DNA from: Jimgerdemannia flammicorona
Lineage: Eukaryota
Direction: 5' to 3'
Length of the DNA stretch: 49,343 bases
NCBI GenBank assembly: GCA_003990765.1
Contig: RBNJ01000031.1
Span: 1-49,343, forward strand
Shown here: positions 12,889-25,118 of the stretch, in pieces
How the letters are laid out: each line of letters begins with the position of its first letter
Numbering within the stretch: position 1 is the first letter of the stretch
Position numbers and translations under genes: made by a program
Notes under the pieces: generated by a model
Told to the model about the DNA's origin: nothing
Database searches by the model: none
The model's input: only the letters and a program-made list of their open reading frames with translations

Positions 12889-13429
12889 TTAGTCATCATC
12901 CCAGTATAGGTAAGCATCTTCTGCATCAATACCTGTTCCATCATCTTCATCATCTATACCATGGTTACTCTATTTCAAGGGTTCTTCTTCTTCTTCTGAA
13001 AATAGGATTTCAATAGCATTGATGATGCTCAGATAGGTAGCTAGGTTCATTTCTCATATATCATACCAGGAGAATTATACTTATATCATACCAGGAGAAT
13101 TGTACTTATATCAGAGTTGTAGGGTTTTGCTTATAAAGAGTATACAGCCTATCTATAGCAGTGGTATCTCTCCTTAATAGTCCTGTGATATTTCTGATAT
13201 ATATTTGTTCTATAACTGAGAGATTCTGCAATTGTTCTCTAATTGCATAGTGGGTCTGAAGTTGATGGACCTGTAGTAATTGTCTGGTCAGGATATGATT
13301 CTCTTGATGAATCTAGATCTTCTGGAGGATATTCCCATTGACTTCTCAGAATTGGAGTAGGAGAACTGGCAGTAATTGAAATGAGCTAAGGATAAGGGTT
13401 TGAAGGCAGTTGTCAACTCTCTGATTTAT
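12889..13429 (-). pseudogene. Accessory ORF of element C between integrase and 3' LTR (~171 aa), putative homologue of the LTR-A/LTR-B ORFs
   Basis: Manual translation: INQRVDNCLQTLILSS...QTHYAI(R)EQLQNL...RNITGLLRRDTTAIDRLYTLYKQNP...SWYDI.EMNLATYLSIINAIEILFSEEEEE...YWDDD*. One frame once a 25-bp tandem duplication is removed; internal stops are all compatible with single transitions. Confidence 0.65.
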
Positions 13430-14489
13430 GATGTGGGGAAAGGTATATCTTGAGGTGATTGATATGTACTAGTGTCTTCAGAGTTCATCTATCCATGCTT
13501 CTTAAATAGATGCTGGTTCCTCTAATGTTGTACACAAGATAAGGTTCTTCCCATTTGGGCTCCAATTTGGTAGCAAAGTTTGTTTCAATCATACTTCTCC
13601 AAACTAGTACTTGATCTCCAATCTTGATCTCCTGATCCTTCTATTTCTGGTTATAATACTTCTTTTGTCTTTCTTGGACTTTGATAATCTGATCTCGGAC
13701 TTGATTATATAACTGTTCTACTTTTTTGAGAAGGTCTCCAAGATTCTCATGGTCAGCAGTTCTGGTCTTAGCAAACATCATTTCAAATGGTTTTTATCTG
13801 GTGGAGGCAGTAGGGGTGTTCTGAATTTCCCATAGGATCTTGGGTAAGCAGAGGTCCCAATTGGTAGAATTGACTTAAGCAAGTCCTTTCTTGATGATCT
13901 GATTCATTCTTTCTATTATACCGTTGGTCTGAGGGTGATATGATGTGGTCTATTTGAGGTGAATCTTATGAATTTAGGCATAACTTATGATTATGTTATT
14001 GATGAATTCTGTGCCTTGGTCAGAGATGAGTTCTTCTGGGGGTCTATATCTGAGTGTGAGTCCATAGAGAAGACCTATAATAGTTAAGGCATCTGTGATT
14101 TCTATTGGAAAAGCCTTGGGCCACTTGGTTAGATATTCCACAAATATAAGGATGTATTTGTTTCTTCTTGGTGTAACTGGTAGAGGTTCAATTATATCTA
14201 TTTCCTATCTCTAAAAGATATTGTCTGATAGTGCAATTGGTTATAGTGGTGCTTGATAGTTCTTCCTTCCTTAGTACTTCTGGTAGGTGTCACATTTCTT
14301 GAGTATGTCCTGGACTTATGTTCTAAGATTGGGCCAATGTTGGTGTATTGTTCGCAGCTTCTTTTCTACATTTGCCTATCCTTAGTGGGCTTTCTGATGT
14401 TCTTTTCAGATGAGATCTTCTTATGCCTTGATGGTCTGAGAAGTTTTCTTTAGGGTATAGTTCCTTGGGACACCCTTCTTCTAGTTCAT
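13413..14489 (-). pseudogene. Element C integrase, separate ORF
   Basis: ATG at 14489, HQKAH...HWP...KCDT(Y)Q zinc finger, IDIIEPLP, VEYLTKWP, SDQGTEF, YHPQTNG, KLEPKWEEPY. Confidence 0.85.
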
Positions 14490-14921
14490 TGAGACTGGCA
14501 GGAAAGTATATCAACATTGTTGTGAGCTTTCTCTGCTTTGTGGATAATAGTGATTTTGTAATCCTAAAGGATAAGGATCCAGCAAACTAGGATTCCAGTG
14601 GGTTTCTTGCAGTTGAATAGCTATTTGAGAGCTGTATGGTCTGTGATCAGGGTGAATCTTTTTCTGATGAGATAATGCTTGAACAGGGTGACCACCCATA
14701 TGACTGCAAGATATTCCAGTTTGGTGCTATCATAGTTCATTTACTGCTGATTGGTAGCTCTACTTGTATAAGCTATTATATGGTACTGTTGATCAGATCC
14801 TTCTTGGGCTAGAACTGCTCTGAGACCACCTTTAGAAGCATCTGCATACAAGACAAATGGCTTCTGTAGATTGGGGCACACAAGGATTGGTGCTACAGTC
14901 ATGTGGTTCTTGAGTTCTTTG

Positions 14922-14925
<4 letters not shown>

Positions 14926-14964
<39 letters not shown>

Positions 14965-16135
14965 GACTCAATGTCCTATAGATTTTTTATTAAAAGGGAA
15001 CCTAGACTATATAGGCCAAAACCCTCCCCATCACCCATCAAGCACTGCCTTCCCATTAACCTAGGCTAGCTATTATCCAGCAGCTCAACCATACTAGATA
15101 TAGCAGGGCCTATATTGGCCCATACCTCATTCTATATACCATGCTCTCCCTACCACCAGGGGGAACCCAGCCATATGCCAATAACTGAAAGTACATATCT
15201 GAGACCCCAACATATGTACAAGACCATGTCTGAGCCAAATAGAATAGCCTCTGCCATCTCAAAGAGAATGATAGATAAAGAAAAACCCTTATCAAAGTAT
15301 ATCATAGTGGATAGAGCCTGGTTCTCCTAGTCAAGATGAGTAAAAGACTTACATATGAGGTAGGAAGAGACCCCCTATACCCTACTACTCAAGCCTGTGG
15401 GCCTCAATCACATTTCCATGTCAGCTCTCAGTTCCAGTTGAGTATAGCCAAGATGTCTGAAATGGGTAACCTTGGGCCCTCCAACCCCCTCCAACAACCA
15501 GGGTCCAACCCACTAAATTATCAAAAGAAGCCAAGAGTGATATCTACCACCTAATCACTCCACACTAATCAAAAGGCCCCACCAAAGCAGTACCTGCCCC
15601 AGCCCCAATGACTACCCCCAGTCTGACATCCTACTGGTTCACCATTATCACCATTTCTCCTATCTGTGACAGCCATCTCCTCTCCCATCCTGACAACACC
15701 TGAAAAGCAGTCACCTATACCAGAACCATACTTGCCAGAAAGCTTGTCAAAGCCAGAGGGCCCCACTATAGGTACCAAGGACCTGCAGGTAACCTACACT
15801 GAGTACTTAATACCCAAGGTCAGCCAACTCTCTACATAGCCTGAGATACACCAAGACAGTATCTTGTTGGTGATAGCAAAAGGAAGAAGGCACTACACCA
15901 AAATGAATATACTCCAGACACAGCTAAAGATACTAGAAACTGCAAAAAAGTAGAGAAGACACTGATCTGACACCAATAAAGGGACAACTTGTCACCATTG
16001 CCTCTCTCCTACTACTTTGCAATAGATACAGCAAACCAATCTAAGATAGAGGGGGTAATAATTGTGGAAAGTAAACTCAGAAGGTTATCTACCAAACTAT
16101 TGTGACCAGTAAGGTAGCAGAGAAAGAGGCAGTTG
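14926..16135 (-). mobile_element. 5'-truncated LINE family L-1 copy inserted in element C between RT and RH
   Basis: PolyT 14926-14960; same 3' end as 1-98; TSD TTTGAAG(G/A) (14918, 16136). Removing it restores FKWIES.EKVFKELKNHMT. Confidence 0.88.
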
Positions 16136-17524
16136 TTTGAAGACTTTTTCTTATGATTCTATCCATTTAAATAGTACTCCTTTCTTAAGAAGAATTTGGA
16201 TTGGAGTAGTGATTTGGGCAAAGTCCTTGATAAACTTTCTATAGTAGGATACTAGTATCAGGAATGATAGTGTTTCCTTTGGGGTCTTGGATACTGGCCA
16301 GTTGTTGATCTTCTCAGTTTTCTTTGGATCTGTATGGATTCCTTCTTTTAAAACTATGAATCCAAGGAATTCAAGTTTCTGTTTTCCAAAGTAGCATTTC
16401 TTTGTATTCAATCTCAAGTGGTTCTTATGGGTGAGCTTGAAGAATTCCTCTAGGTGGTACAAGTATTCTTCAAAATTTGCTGAATAGATATTGAAATCAT
16501 CTATATATATAATTAGAGTAGTGAATTAAGGGGGTATAGACTGAATTCATTATCCTCTGAAAGGTGGGAGGTGTATTGCAAAGTCCAAAGAGCATTCAGA
16601 GATATTTGAACAGTTTTTCTAGGGTAAGAAAGGCTGTCTTTTGAATGTCTTTGGGGTCTATGGGGATCTTATGGAATCCTGCAAAGAGATCTATACTGCT
16701 GAAGTATCTGGTATCTTATAACTGATTCAAAAGGTTATCAATTCTGGACAAAGGATAGGTATCCTTTTTGGTGACTGAGTTGAGTTTTCTGTAATCCACA
16801 CAGAGTCTCTATTCTCCTTTCTTTGGTACAATAAGTATAGGGCTAGCTCAGGAGCTAGTAGAGGGTCAGATGACTCCATTGTCTAAGAGTTCTTGAATGT
16901 GCTCTTTTTCAAATATTTTTAAGTGATGGGGTATTCTGTAGGGTTTCTGTCAGATGGGTGTTGCATTTCCCATATTTATTCTATGATGATATGATGGATT
17001 GTATAGTAGGTTGCCATAATCAGTAGTAAAGATATCTTGATATTTGTTGAGAAGTTCTACTAGTTATTGCTGTTGTTGGAGTATCAATTCTTCTCCAATA
17101 TTGGTAGAAGGCTTCACTGTCTCCTGGGTCGCAGAGGGGCCTTTCCTTTCTTCTGAGACCTTTTGCTGTTTTCCAATAGGTTTAGTTCATAAACTTCTCT
17201 TGAGTTCGATTGAGAAAAGGCACCAAATATCCTATGATGGTTCCTTTCAGCAAGATGATGTTCTCCCAACTTTGGTTGATTGCTTGAAAGTATACTGGAT
17301 TCATCTTATCAGAGAATATGTATCTCTCTATATCCAGATGTGGGATATCTTCCTTGGGTTCAAAGAAAAGGTTTCTGGGGTCGGGTGGTGCAAAGATTTC
17401 AAAGGTGGTTTGTTCTCCGGGCTCCAGAATAAGATTTTTATACAGTCTGACTGATTGCTGATATACTTGCTGAGAAACATTCCTCTTAAGGCAGTTGACT
17501 TGAAGGAGGTATACTTTCTTCCTA

Positions 17525-17935
17525 TCTGAACTTCCAAATCCTTTTGCTTGTCTTGTCCCTTCAGTCAATTTGGAGACTTCTTGTAATTGTGAGGTCCTGA
17601 TCTTTGTGAAGACTGCTTGGGCAATCTTCTGTCCTCTAATGATTTGGTGCTATTCTGTACTGCTATTGTGTAGGATAACCTTGATTTCACCTATATATCC
17701 TGGGTCAATGATTCCTCCTTCTATAGTTATTCTTTATCTGGCAACTCCAGATCTTGAGGTTAGTTGGATGTAAGCTCCTGGGGGTGGCTATATGGCTAAT
17801 CTAGTTCTGATTATTAAGGTTTTTCCAGGTTTGATAGATTCATCCTCCAGACTGTGAAGATCATACCCTATATCTTCTGGGTGGGTTTTGGTCAGGGGTT
17901 TGGCCTTGGGATGTAGTAGGGCATACGGGGCAATG
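17525..17935 (-). pseudogene. dut: dUTPase domain within element C pol
   Basis: LLHPKAKPLTKTHPEDIGYDL...TSRSGVA...EGGIIDPGYIGEIKV...QKIAQ...RQAKGFGSS. Confidence 0.88.
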
Positions 17936-20900
17936 TCCTTGCTGAGTTCAGGCTATCCTAGGGCTGAAGCTCCACTAGCAGAGAGTCTCCAGGCTCTGAG
18001 GTTGAGGTGTGGTCATCTGGCTCCAGTAGAGGGGTCTCAGAGATAGTTAATTCCTCTTCTTTCTATAGGGTCTAGGGCTTCTATGAAGTTGGTGGCATCT
18101 TCTACCCATCCTTGGTGGGTTATATATCTGATGAGGGCTAGGATATCTTCTCCTAAATTATAGATCTTGAGGGTTCTTCTTCCTGGCTTTTTGGTCTGAC
18201 TTTTTTGGATCTGGCTTTGGTTATCTCCTCTCTTCAAAGTGTGAACTGCAACATCATGACTGAGATGGATCTTCTGATGCCTGCAGTCTCAGTAGTCTGA
18301 GTGTCTTCTATAGTTATAATATCCCATTGCTTGGAAATGATGTTCCCAGTTATTGATATCTTATTGTTTTGGGAATCAGTACCCATCTTGGTCATAAGTG
18401 GGTGGAAGAGTAGACAAGGGATATACTTCTGTCTAGGTGAAGAGGTCTTGTCCCCTGAATCAGCTTTGTAACTTAGTAGTAACTTCTTAGAAGATAGTTG
18501 ACTATGCAACTGTATTCAGGGGTTCTGGTCTCTGGAGTCTCTGTCTCTCCTATTGGTCTAATAAATAGCACTGATAGCAGTAGTCTTGGGGAGAGTGGAA
18601 GACTATTTGGTGTGGATATCTTTCTAGCTGAAAAGCCTTTTCTTGGTAAGTTTCTTTCTTGGGGATAATGATGATTATACTGGATTCTTCTGTATTCCAA
18701 GGGTCATTGTCTTCAGGTGGTGTCTAGTAAGGATTATCCCAGAGAATGAGTTCAGAGACCTCTTCTTCTTCAGGTACTTCTTGTTCAGAAACTTCTTGGT
18801 CAGAAGTTTCTTCTTCCTTGGATGATTCTTAACCCCAAATTGCTTGTACTTCTGCAGCTTCAGTTGCAGGTATTTCTGAAACATGTTTGTATTTCTTCTT
18901 CTTTCTGCACTCTGGGCAGGCTGTGCCAGGTGATTTCCTTGTTCCCATGATCTTGGAGGAATGCTTAGGACACTTGTGTCTCTTGAGGCAGGTAGGACAT
19001 CCTTTGATTTCTCCTGCAATGGCTCTAATGATGATAGAGATGGTGTTCTTGGCCCACACATTGTCTTCTAGTCTGTTATCCACCAGGTTAATTTGGGGAT
19101 TGAGTCTGGAATCATTTTCATCTTCAGATTCTTCCTCTTCTTCTGTGGTAGATTCTTCACTGCTAGCATATTCCTCCTGAATAGTGACCTTCTTCTTCTT
19201 CTTTGATTGCTCATAGCTAGTAACCTTAACTCTGTACTTCTTACCTTAGTAGTCAAACTTGAGTACTTGTTGACCAATATCAACAACTGCATTCATTTCC
19301 TTCATCCAGTTGATACCAAGAATTATGTCATAGATAATAGCTTCTATGATAATAGCTTTGGAGATGGAGAACTGAATGTGTCCAAGAGAGATAGTAATAT
19401 TTCATACTTCTCCAAAGGGTTGAGTTCAGGCTCCATCTGCTACTATGATACTGAGATTAGATGGTCCATCAATAGGCTATTGGAGGGTGTCCAGGAATCA
19501 TTTGGCAATAACACAGATAGCTACTTCTGTATCTATGAGAATTTTCACTTTTTGATCTCTAATATCTCCATATAAATAGGTACTAAAATATCTTTCTGCA
19601 GCCTGAACAGGAATGGAAGCTGGTTCTTACTGTGGGATGGGAACTTGGCCCATGCTAGACCTGGTAGTTCTCAACAATTTGTTTCAGACTCCAGCTGATA
19701 TTAGTTGCAAGAACTACAGGAGAGAGACTTCTATCTTGGCCTCTTAAATCTTCTGCCAAGCTTTATTACAGATGTCTCTAGGCATGGTCTTTGGGGTATA
19801 CTTCTTCTTGGGCTTTGAAGTAGCAGATTCCCATTCTTTTTATTCCATCTCTTCATCCTCTGATAGTAGCTCATTTGTCTCAGGGACAAAAGGTGAAGGA
19901 GTCTGGAGAGGTGTTTCTACTTGTTCTTCTTCATGTTCTTCATATTTCTCTTAGATAATTCTTCTGCTGATATTTCTGGATGGTCTTCCTACAGGTCTCT
20001 TTCTTTTCTCTACTGGATAGACTATTTTCTGAGTGATAATATTGGTAGAGTACAAGTCCAGGTCACTGTAGTCTTCACTGTTACTTGTTTCCTCAAAATC
20101 TTCAATAGGATGAGCTTTAGTCTTCTTATACTGGGTATCACTTCTTTAGTTTGATAGTTCTGAGTCCCTTTGGTCACTTCTTTTATTGTCACATTCAGTG
20201 GCATAGTGTCCGAATTGTCCATAGTGAAAGCATTAGACTTGGGCTCTGTCTTAGACAGAGTATCTTCTTTCTTCTTACTGGTAATTTCTGTTATCTCTTG
20301 GTGAATAACCTTGGCTCCTCTGTGGTAGATATCCTCTGTTATCTTGGTAGCTCTGATTTTTATATGTGGTGAGTTTTTCAATCTGTCCAACCAATCAGTC
20401 CAACTTGGAGCTAAGGTCTTGGATTTTGTTTCTGTTCTTCTTTCCTTCTTTGGCTGGCCTTCTTTCTTCAGATCTTTCTTGTTCTTGAAGGAGTCCTTGT
20501 AGGGCTTTGACCAGGATGTCTTCTTTATTTTCTTTCTTGTCATAATTACTCCAAGTAGTTCCTTGTCTGATATCAAAGAATCTCTAGACTGCATCTACTT
20601 GCTCTTTAGACCTTCTGATGCCTAGAGTATAGACATGCTGGGCAATGTTTGGAGGAATTCCATTAATGAAGATCATTGGACCTATAATGTCCTGGTTGGT
20701 GCCAGCAGCATGCATTCTCTTCTGAATTCTTGTGAAGAAGACTCTAAGTGATTCTCTAAGATTCATCTTCATCCCCATAATGGATTTCTGAGCCTTGTAG
20801 TGGGTTTCATTTTCTGCATACTTTTCAATGAGCCAGTGGACCATGGCTATATATTCTAGCTCATAAGATATTGCTGCTTAAATCTGTCTTGCCAATTCTG

Positions 20901-21254
20901 AATCAGGGTTATCTACTATTTGGTAGAAAATTCCTCTGGTTGGTTCTCTGAGCTGAGTCTTGTAGATGGCAATTTTTCTTTCATCTGAGAGATTCCTCAA
21001 GACTGCAATTCCTTCAATTCCATTAAGGAATTCTCTGGAGTCTTCCTCTAGGTATCCTGCAAAGGTTGGTAATAAGGTAGCCATTTCTTTGTCACTTTCT
21101 TCTAATTCTGGTTCTGGTTCAGATTTAGATTCAGATTTACTTTCTGAGCTGTTACTGGAGATAGAGGTACTTGAGTATCCTGAGGATGGTGTTCTGGATC
21201 TTGAATGAAGTAGAATGAGCCTAGGTATTCTTGTAGAAGCTACTTCCAACTCTA

Positions 21255-22776
21255 TTTTTCTTATTATTCTTTTTATTAACTATCTATAACATGCTACATA
21301 TCCTCATACAATATCAGTAGTCCCATTCTACCCCAATCTCAACCCACTCCTAGCCTTGTACCTTTAGGATGTAAGTTGCGACCTCACTACTCAAGTAACT
21401 AGATCCTCCTACCCAGTCTGCCCCACTCAGTAGGTATGGGTTGTAAGCCCCAACCACCTCAAGTACTTGGTATCTAGTGCACCTGACCTACCCCTATTAG
21501 TACCTCCTGTCTTGCCCATCTAGCCTATCTTGCCTGCCCATGTTGCCCATATTACATATCATCTTGCCATCTTACCCATCTTGCCCATCTTATCTGTCTT
21601 GTCTATCTTGCCCACCTGTATTGTCCATGTTGTCCATATTGCTCATGTTATCTACCCATGTTGCCTGTGTTGCCCATATTGCCCATCTTGCCTGTGTTGC
21701 CTGTATTGCCCATGTTACCTGTCTTGCCCATCTTGTCTATCTTGCCTGTCTTGCCCACTCATATTGCCTGTATTGCCTGTATTGCCCATATTGCTCATGT
21801 TGCTTGTATTGCCTGCCTGTGTTGTCCATGTTGCCCATGTTACCCATGTTGCCCATCTTGCCTGTCTTGCCCATCTTGTCTGCCCATGTTACCTGTATTG
21901 CTCATGTTGCCCATGTTACCCATGTTGTCCATTTTGCCTGTTTTGCCTATTTTGCCTATTTTGCCCATGTTGCCTGTCTTACTGTCTACCCATCTTGCCC
22001 ATGTCACCCATCTTGCCATCTTGCCCATCTTGCCCATCTTGCCTGCCCATGTTGCCCATATTGTCCATATTGCCTGTATTGCCTGTATTGCCCACCTGTG
22101 TTGCCCGTGTTGCCTGTATTGCCCACCCATGTTGCCCATGTTGTCTGTGTTGCCTGCCCATATTACCCATATTGCCCATATTGTCCATTTTGCCCATTTT
22201 GCCCATTTTGCCCATTTTGCCTGTCTTGCCTATATCACCTGTCTTGCCATCTGCCCATCTTGTCCATGTTGCCCATCTTGCTATCTTACCATCTTGTCTG
22301 TCTTGCCTGTCTTGCCCATCTTGTCCATCTTGCCTGTCTTGCCTGTCTTGCCCATCTTGCCCATCTTGCCCGTCTTGCCCATCTTGCTCATATTGCCCAT
22401 CTTGTTGTCTTGCTGTCTTGCCCATCTTGCCTATCTTATCCATCTTGCCTGCCCATGTTGCCTATGTTACCTATATTGCCCATGTTGCCCATGTTGTCTA
22501 TATTGCCCATGTTGCCTGTGTTGCCCATATTGCCCATTTTGCCCATGTCACCTGTCTTGCCATCTGCCCATCTTGCTCATATCACCCATCTTGCCATCTT
22601 GCTGTCTTATCTGTCTTGCCTGTCTTACCTATGTTGCCCATGTTGCTCATATTGCCTGTATTGCCCATATTGCCCATATTGTCTATATTGCCTGTAGCCT
22701 ACCAAACTATTGTGACTGGTAAGGTAGTAGAGGATTATTATACTGCTTGAGAGCTTGGTGGTTGAAGCAGGCTGGT
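21255..22776 (-). mobile_element. Retroposed insert carrying a minisatellite, in the gag leader of element C
   Basis: Perfect 14-bp TSD TACTTCCAACTCTA (21241-21254, 22777-22790); A-rich tail with AATAAA on the minus strand at 21255-21280. Confidence 0.82.
21508..22695. repeat. Degenerate 9-bp minisatellite (~1.2 kb)
   Basis: Units TTGCCCATC / TTGCCCATG / TTGCCTGTC / TTGCCTGTA. All three + frames are open for purely compositional reasons. Confidence 0.95.
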
Positions 22777-23467
22777 TACTTCCAACTCTACAAGGAGTTG
22801 TGGTAAAGGTTCTGGTGAGATTGATGGGACTAGTATAGGATGTCTGGCTGTAAGATCTCAGGCTTATATAATAAGATCTTTTAGTTCTTGTGTAAGTTCT
22901 TCAAAATCTCCAACAGGGCTACCTATATTGTCTGCTTGATCTGGTTGGGAGTTTTGGGCTATACTATCTTCTGGTTCTGATTGGGATCTTTCTGATGCTG
23001 GGTAGTTGATAAGTCTTGATGTAATTACTTCTCTTCCTGTCTAAATACTGATAATAACTAGTTCTCCAGTAGTGGCAGAGGTTAGTATTGTATCAAATGT
23101 ATCCAGTTTGACTGTGGGTCCTTGTAAGCTGAAAAGTTATATTGATTTTGAAATCTTCCCAGTTGAGCCCTCAAATATAACATATCTGGCTCAATGGAGG
23201 CAAATTACAAGGTTGGAGATTGATGTAGTTTGGCTTAAGCCCCAGTTACTTTGTCAAAAAGCAATAAAATGTTCTAAGATTTCTGAGATTCTTGGTATTT
23301 AGTGGTATAATAGTCAAAGCTGGATATCTGTAAGTAACTTGTATATCAATTTTCTAATTGAGACTGTTCTCTGAGTATAGTGGTGATTTTGTAAATGGGT
23401 TTCCTTCTTGAGTCAACTGGAAATTAGTGGAATTTTATATATAGTATAATGATCTCCAAAAGTATAG

Positions 23468-24999
23468 TGTAACAGTGACCTCAGAATAATGACATCAGCA
23501 TAGGAGACAGCCTTTCCTCACAAGCCACTAGATCGGAGCACAAGGAGATTATATGGTATATGAGATAAGCAATGATGACTAACTGTAAGTCATTGTGACC
23601 ACAGTACAAGCATCCTGAAGAATATAAAAGAAGAATCAAGGAACTGCAGTAGCAGCAACCAATAAGAACCACCAATCCCAAAATAGCTCAAAGACTTACC
23701 ATAAATGAAATATCTGCCACTTACTAAACCTCAAGGTCAAGGAACCACTAAGGTATCTCAGTTGAAGAAAGGATGTTCCAAGATATCAGAAGAGCTATGA
23801 GGACCCACTCAAGAAGGACTCCTAGTGTCAACCTGGGTACTGCAGATCTCTATCACTTTATCCTCTACTGCTATAAAATGGAAACAAGGATCACTATTGC
23901 TACTGAATGCCTCTAAATGTGGCAGGAGTATGAAATAGGAAACCTCCTCTACCAGAAGTTCCCACAGGCCAGCCCTCAAGAGCTACAAGATGCCACTCTC
24001 ATAGATATATATGAGACAAGAACAGCTAAGAAGATCCATCAGATCTTCAGGCATGCACCATGATTGATCCCCAACTTGGAGTATGTTAGAGTCTCAGATT
24101 TCAGAGACCTGTCATCCCACCATATCAATGCACTAGAAGTCAGAGTGGCTACAGAAACCCAGTCCACTATCACCCTCAATAGTGATAAAGTAGAAGACTT
24201 CTGGCACCCTATCCTCCAGGACAACTCAGACCAATTCCTGCAAGGGTTGATCTCAGTATTCTAAGGCCCAAGTATCTAGGTTAGATCTCCCTAAGACCCT
24301 ACATTTGTCCCTTATCTTGTAGAAGAGAAACTTATAGACTGGAGAGCTCCAGATCTTATTCCTGATTTCCCCACCACTAAATGTAATGATGTCATTGGTG
24401 ATGATGTCATTCCACACAACATCAAAGTATGCAAAAATGATGAATTCGCAGATCTCATCTCCTTCAGTGATGATGATGATGATGATGAAGCCCCCATGGT
24501 CCTGAATTTTCTGCTCTAAGTTCCATGTTACACTGGATAATGCCAGTACTGATATTCTCATGTAACATTGAATAATACCAGCACTGGTATTCTGAGGTGA
24601 CACAAAATTGTTCTAGCACCAGTATTCTGATGTGACACTGAATTACACCAGTATTCTGAATCTATACAACCATCAGTGCTGACCCTGGAACTTAGTAGTT
24701 TTAGTTATTGGAATTTATATTTAGCTTTATATCTTAGCAACCATTGAATTATATTTTGTATAAATACCCCTCTTATTTTCTCTGAAATAAAGTTAGTTCC
24801 TCTTAGTGCAATACACACACTTCCTTGCAAGTAATCTAAGAGATAATAAGACAGTTTAAAGATAAGAAGTTTGAGGACTATAAGATCTTGGGAAGGCACT
24901 CCAATAAGAACTTGCTTATAACAAACTTGAGTTAGTCTAAGAGATACATCTTGAAGAGAATCTGATATATTTGAAGGACTCAGCAACTACTATGTAACA
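23468..24999 (+). repeat. 5' LTR of A2 (1532 bp)
   Basis: TGTAACAGTG...ATGTAACA. Confidence 0.93.
23710..24519 (+). pseudogene. LTR-encoded accessory ORF (family A), decayed copy
   Basis: 810 nt, colinear with 30937-31746; start ATA and in-frame stops only. Confidence 0.8.
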
Positions 25000-25118
25000 A
25001 CTTGGTGCCCATTGGCTAGTGATTCAAGATGAATCCCTCACTTTCAAGCTAAAAAATGAACAACCCCACAACAACTATCCTGACTACAAGAGTCACCTCT
25101 GTAAGAATTCAAGACAAG

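Larger units (their letters stand above)
14486..21084 (-). pseudogene. pol: Element C gag-protease-dUTPase-RT-RNase H polyprotein (decayed)
   Basis: Gag MATLLPTFAGYLEEDSREFL, knuckle CFH(Y)GQFGHYATEC, protease LIDT(E), dUTPase [50 protein letters not shown]. An upstream leader may be coding. Confidence 0.9.

Noticed and set aside
21530-22750. Three long overlapping + strand ORFs (406, 385, 354 aa) that look Cys-rich or metallothionein-like
   Set aside because: Artefact of a stop-free 9-bp minisatellite; all three frames are open and the host insert is oriented on the minus strand.
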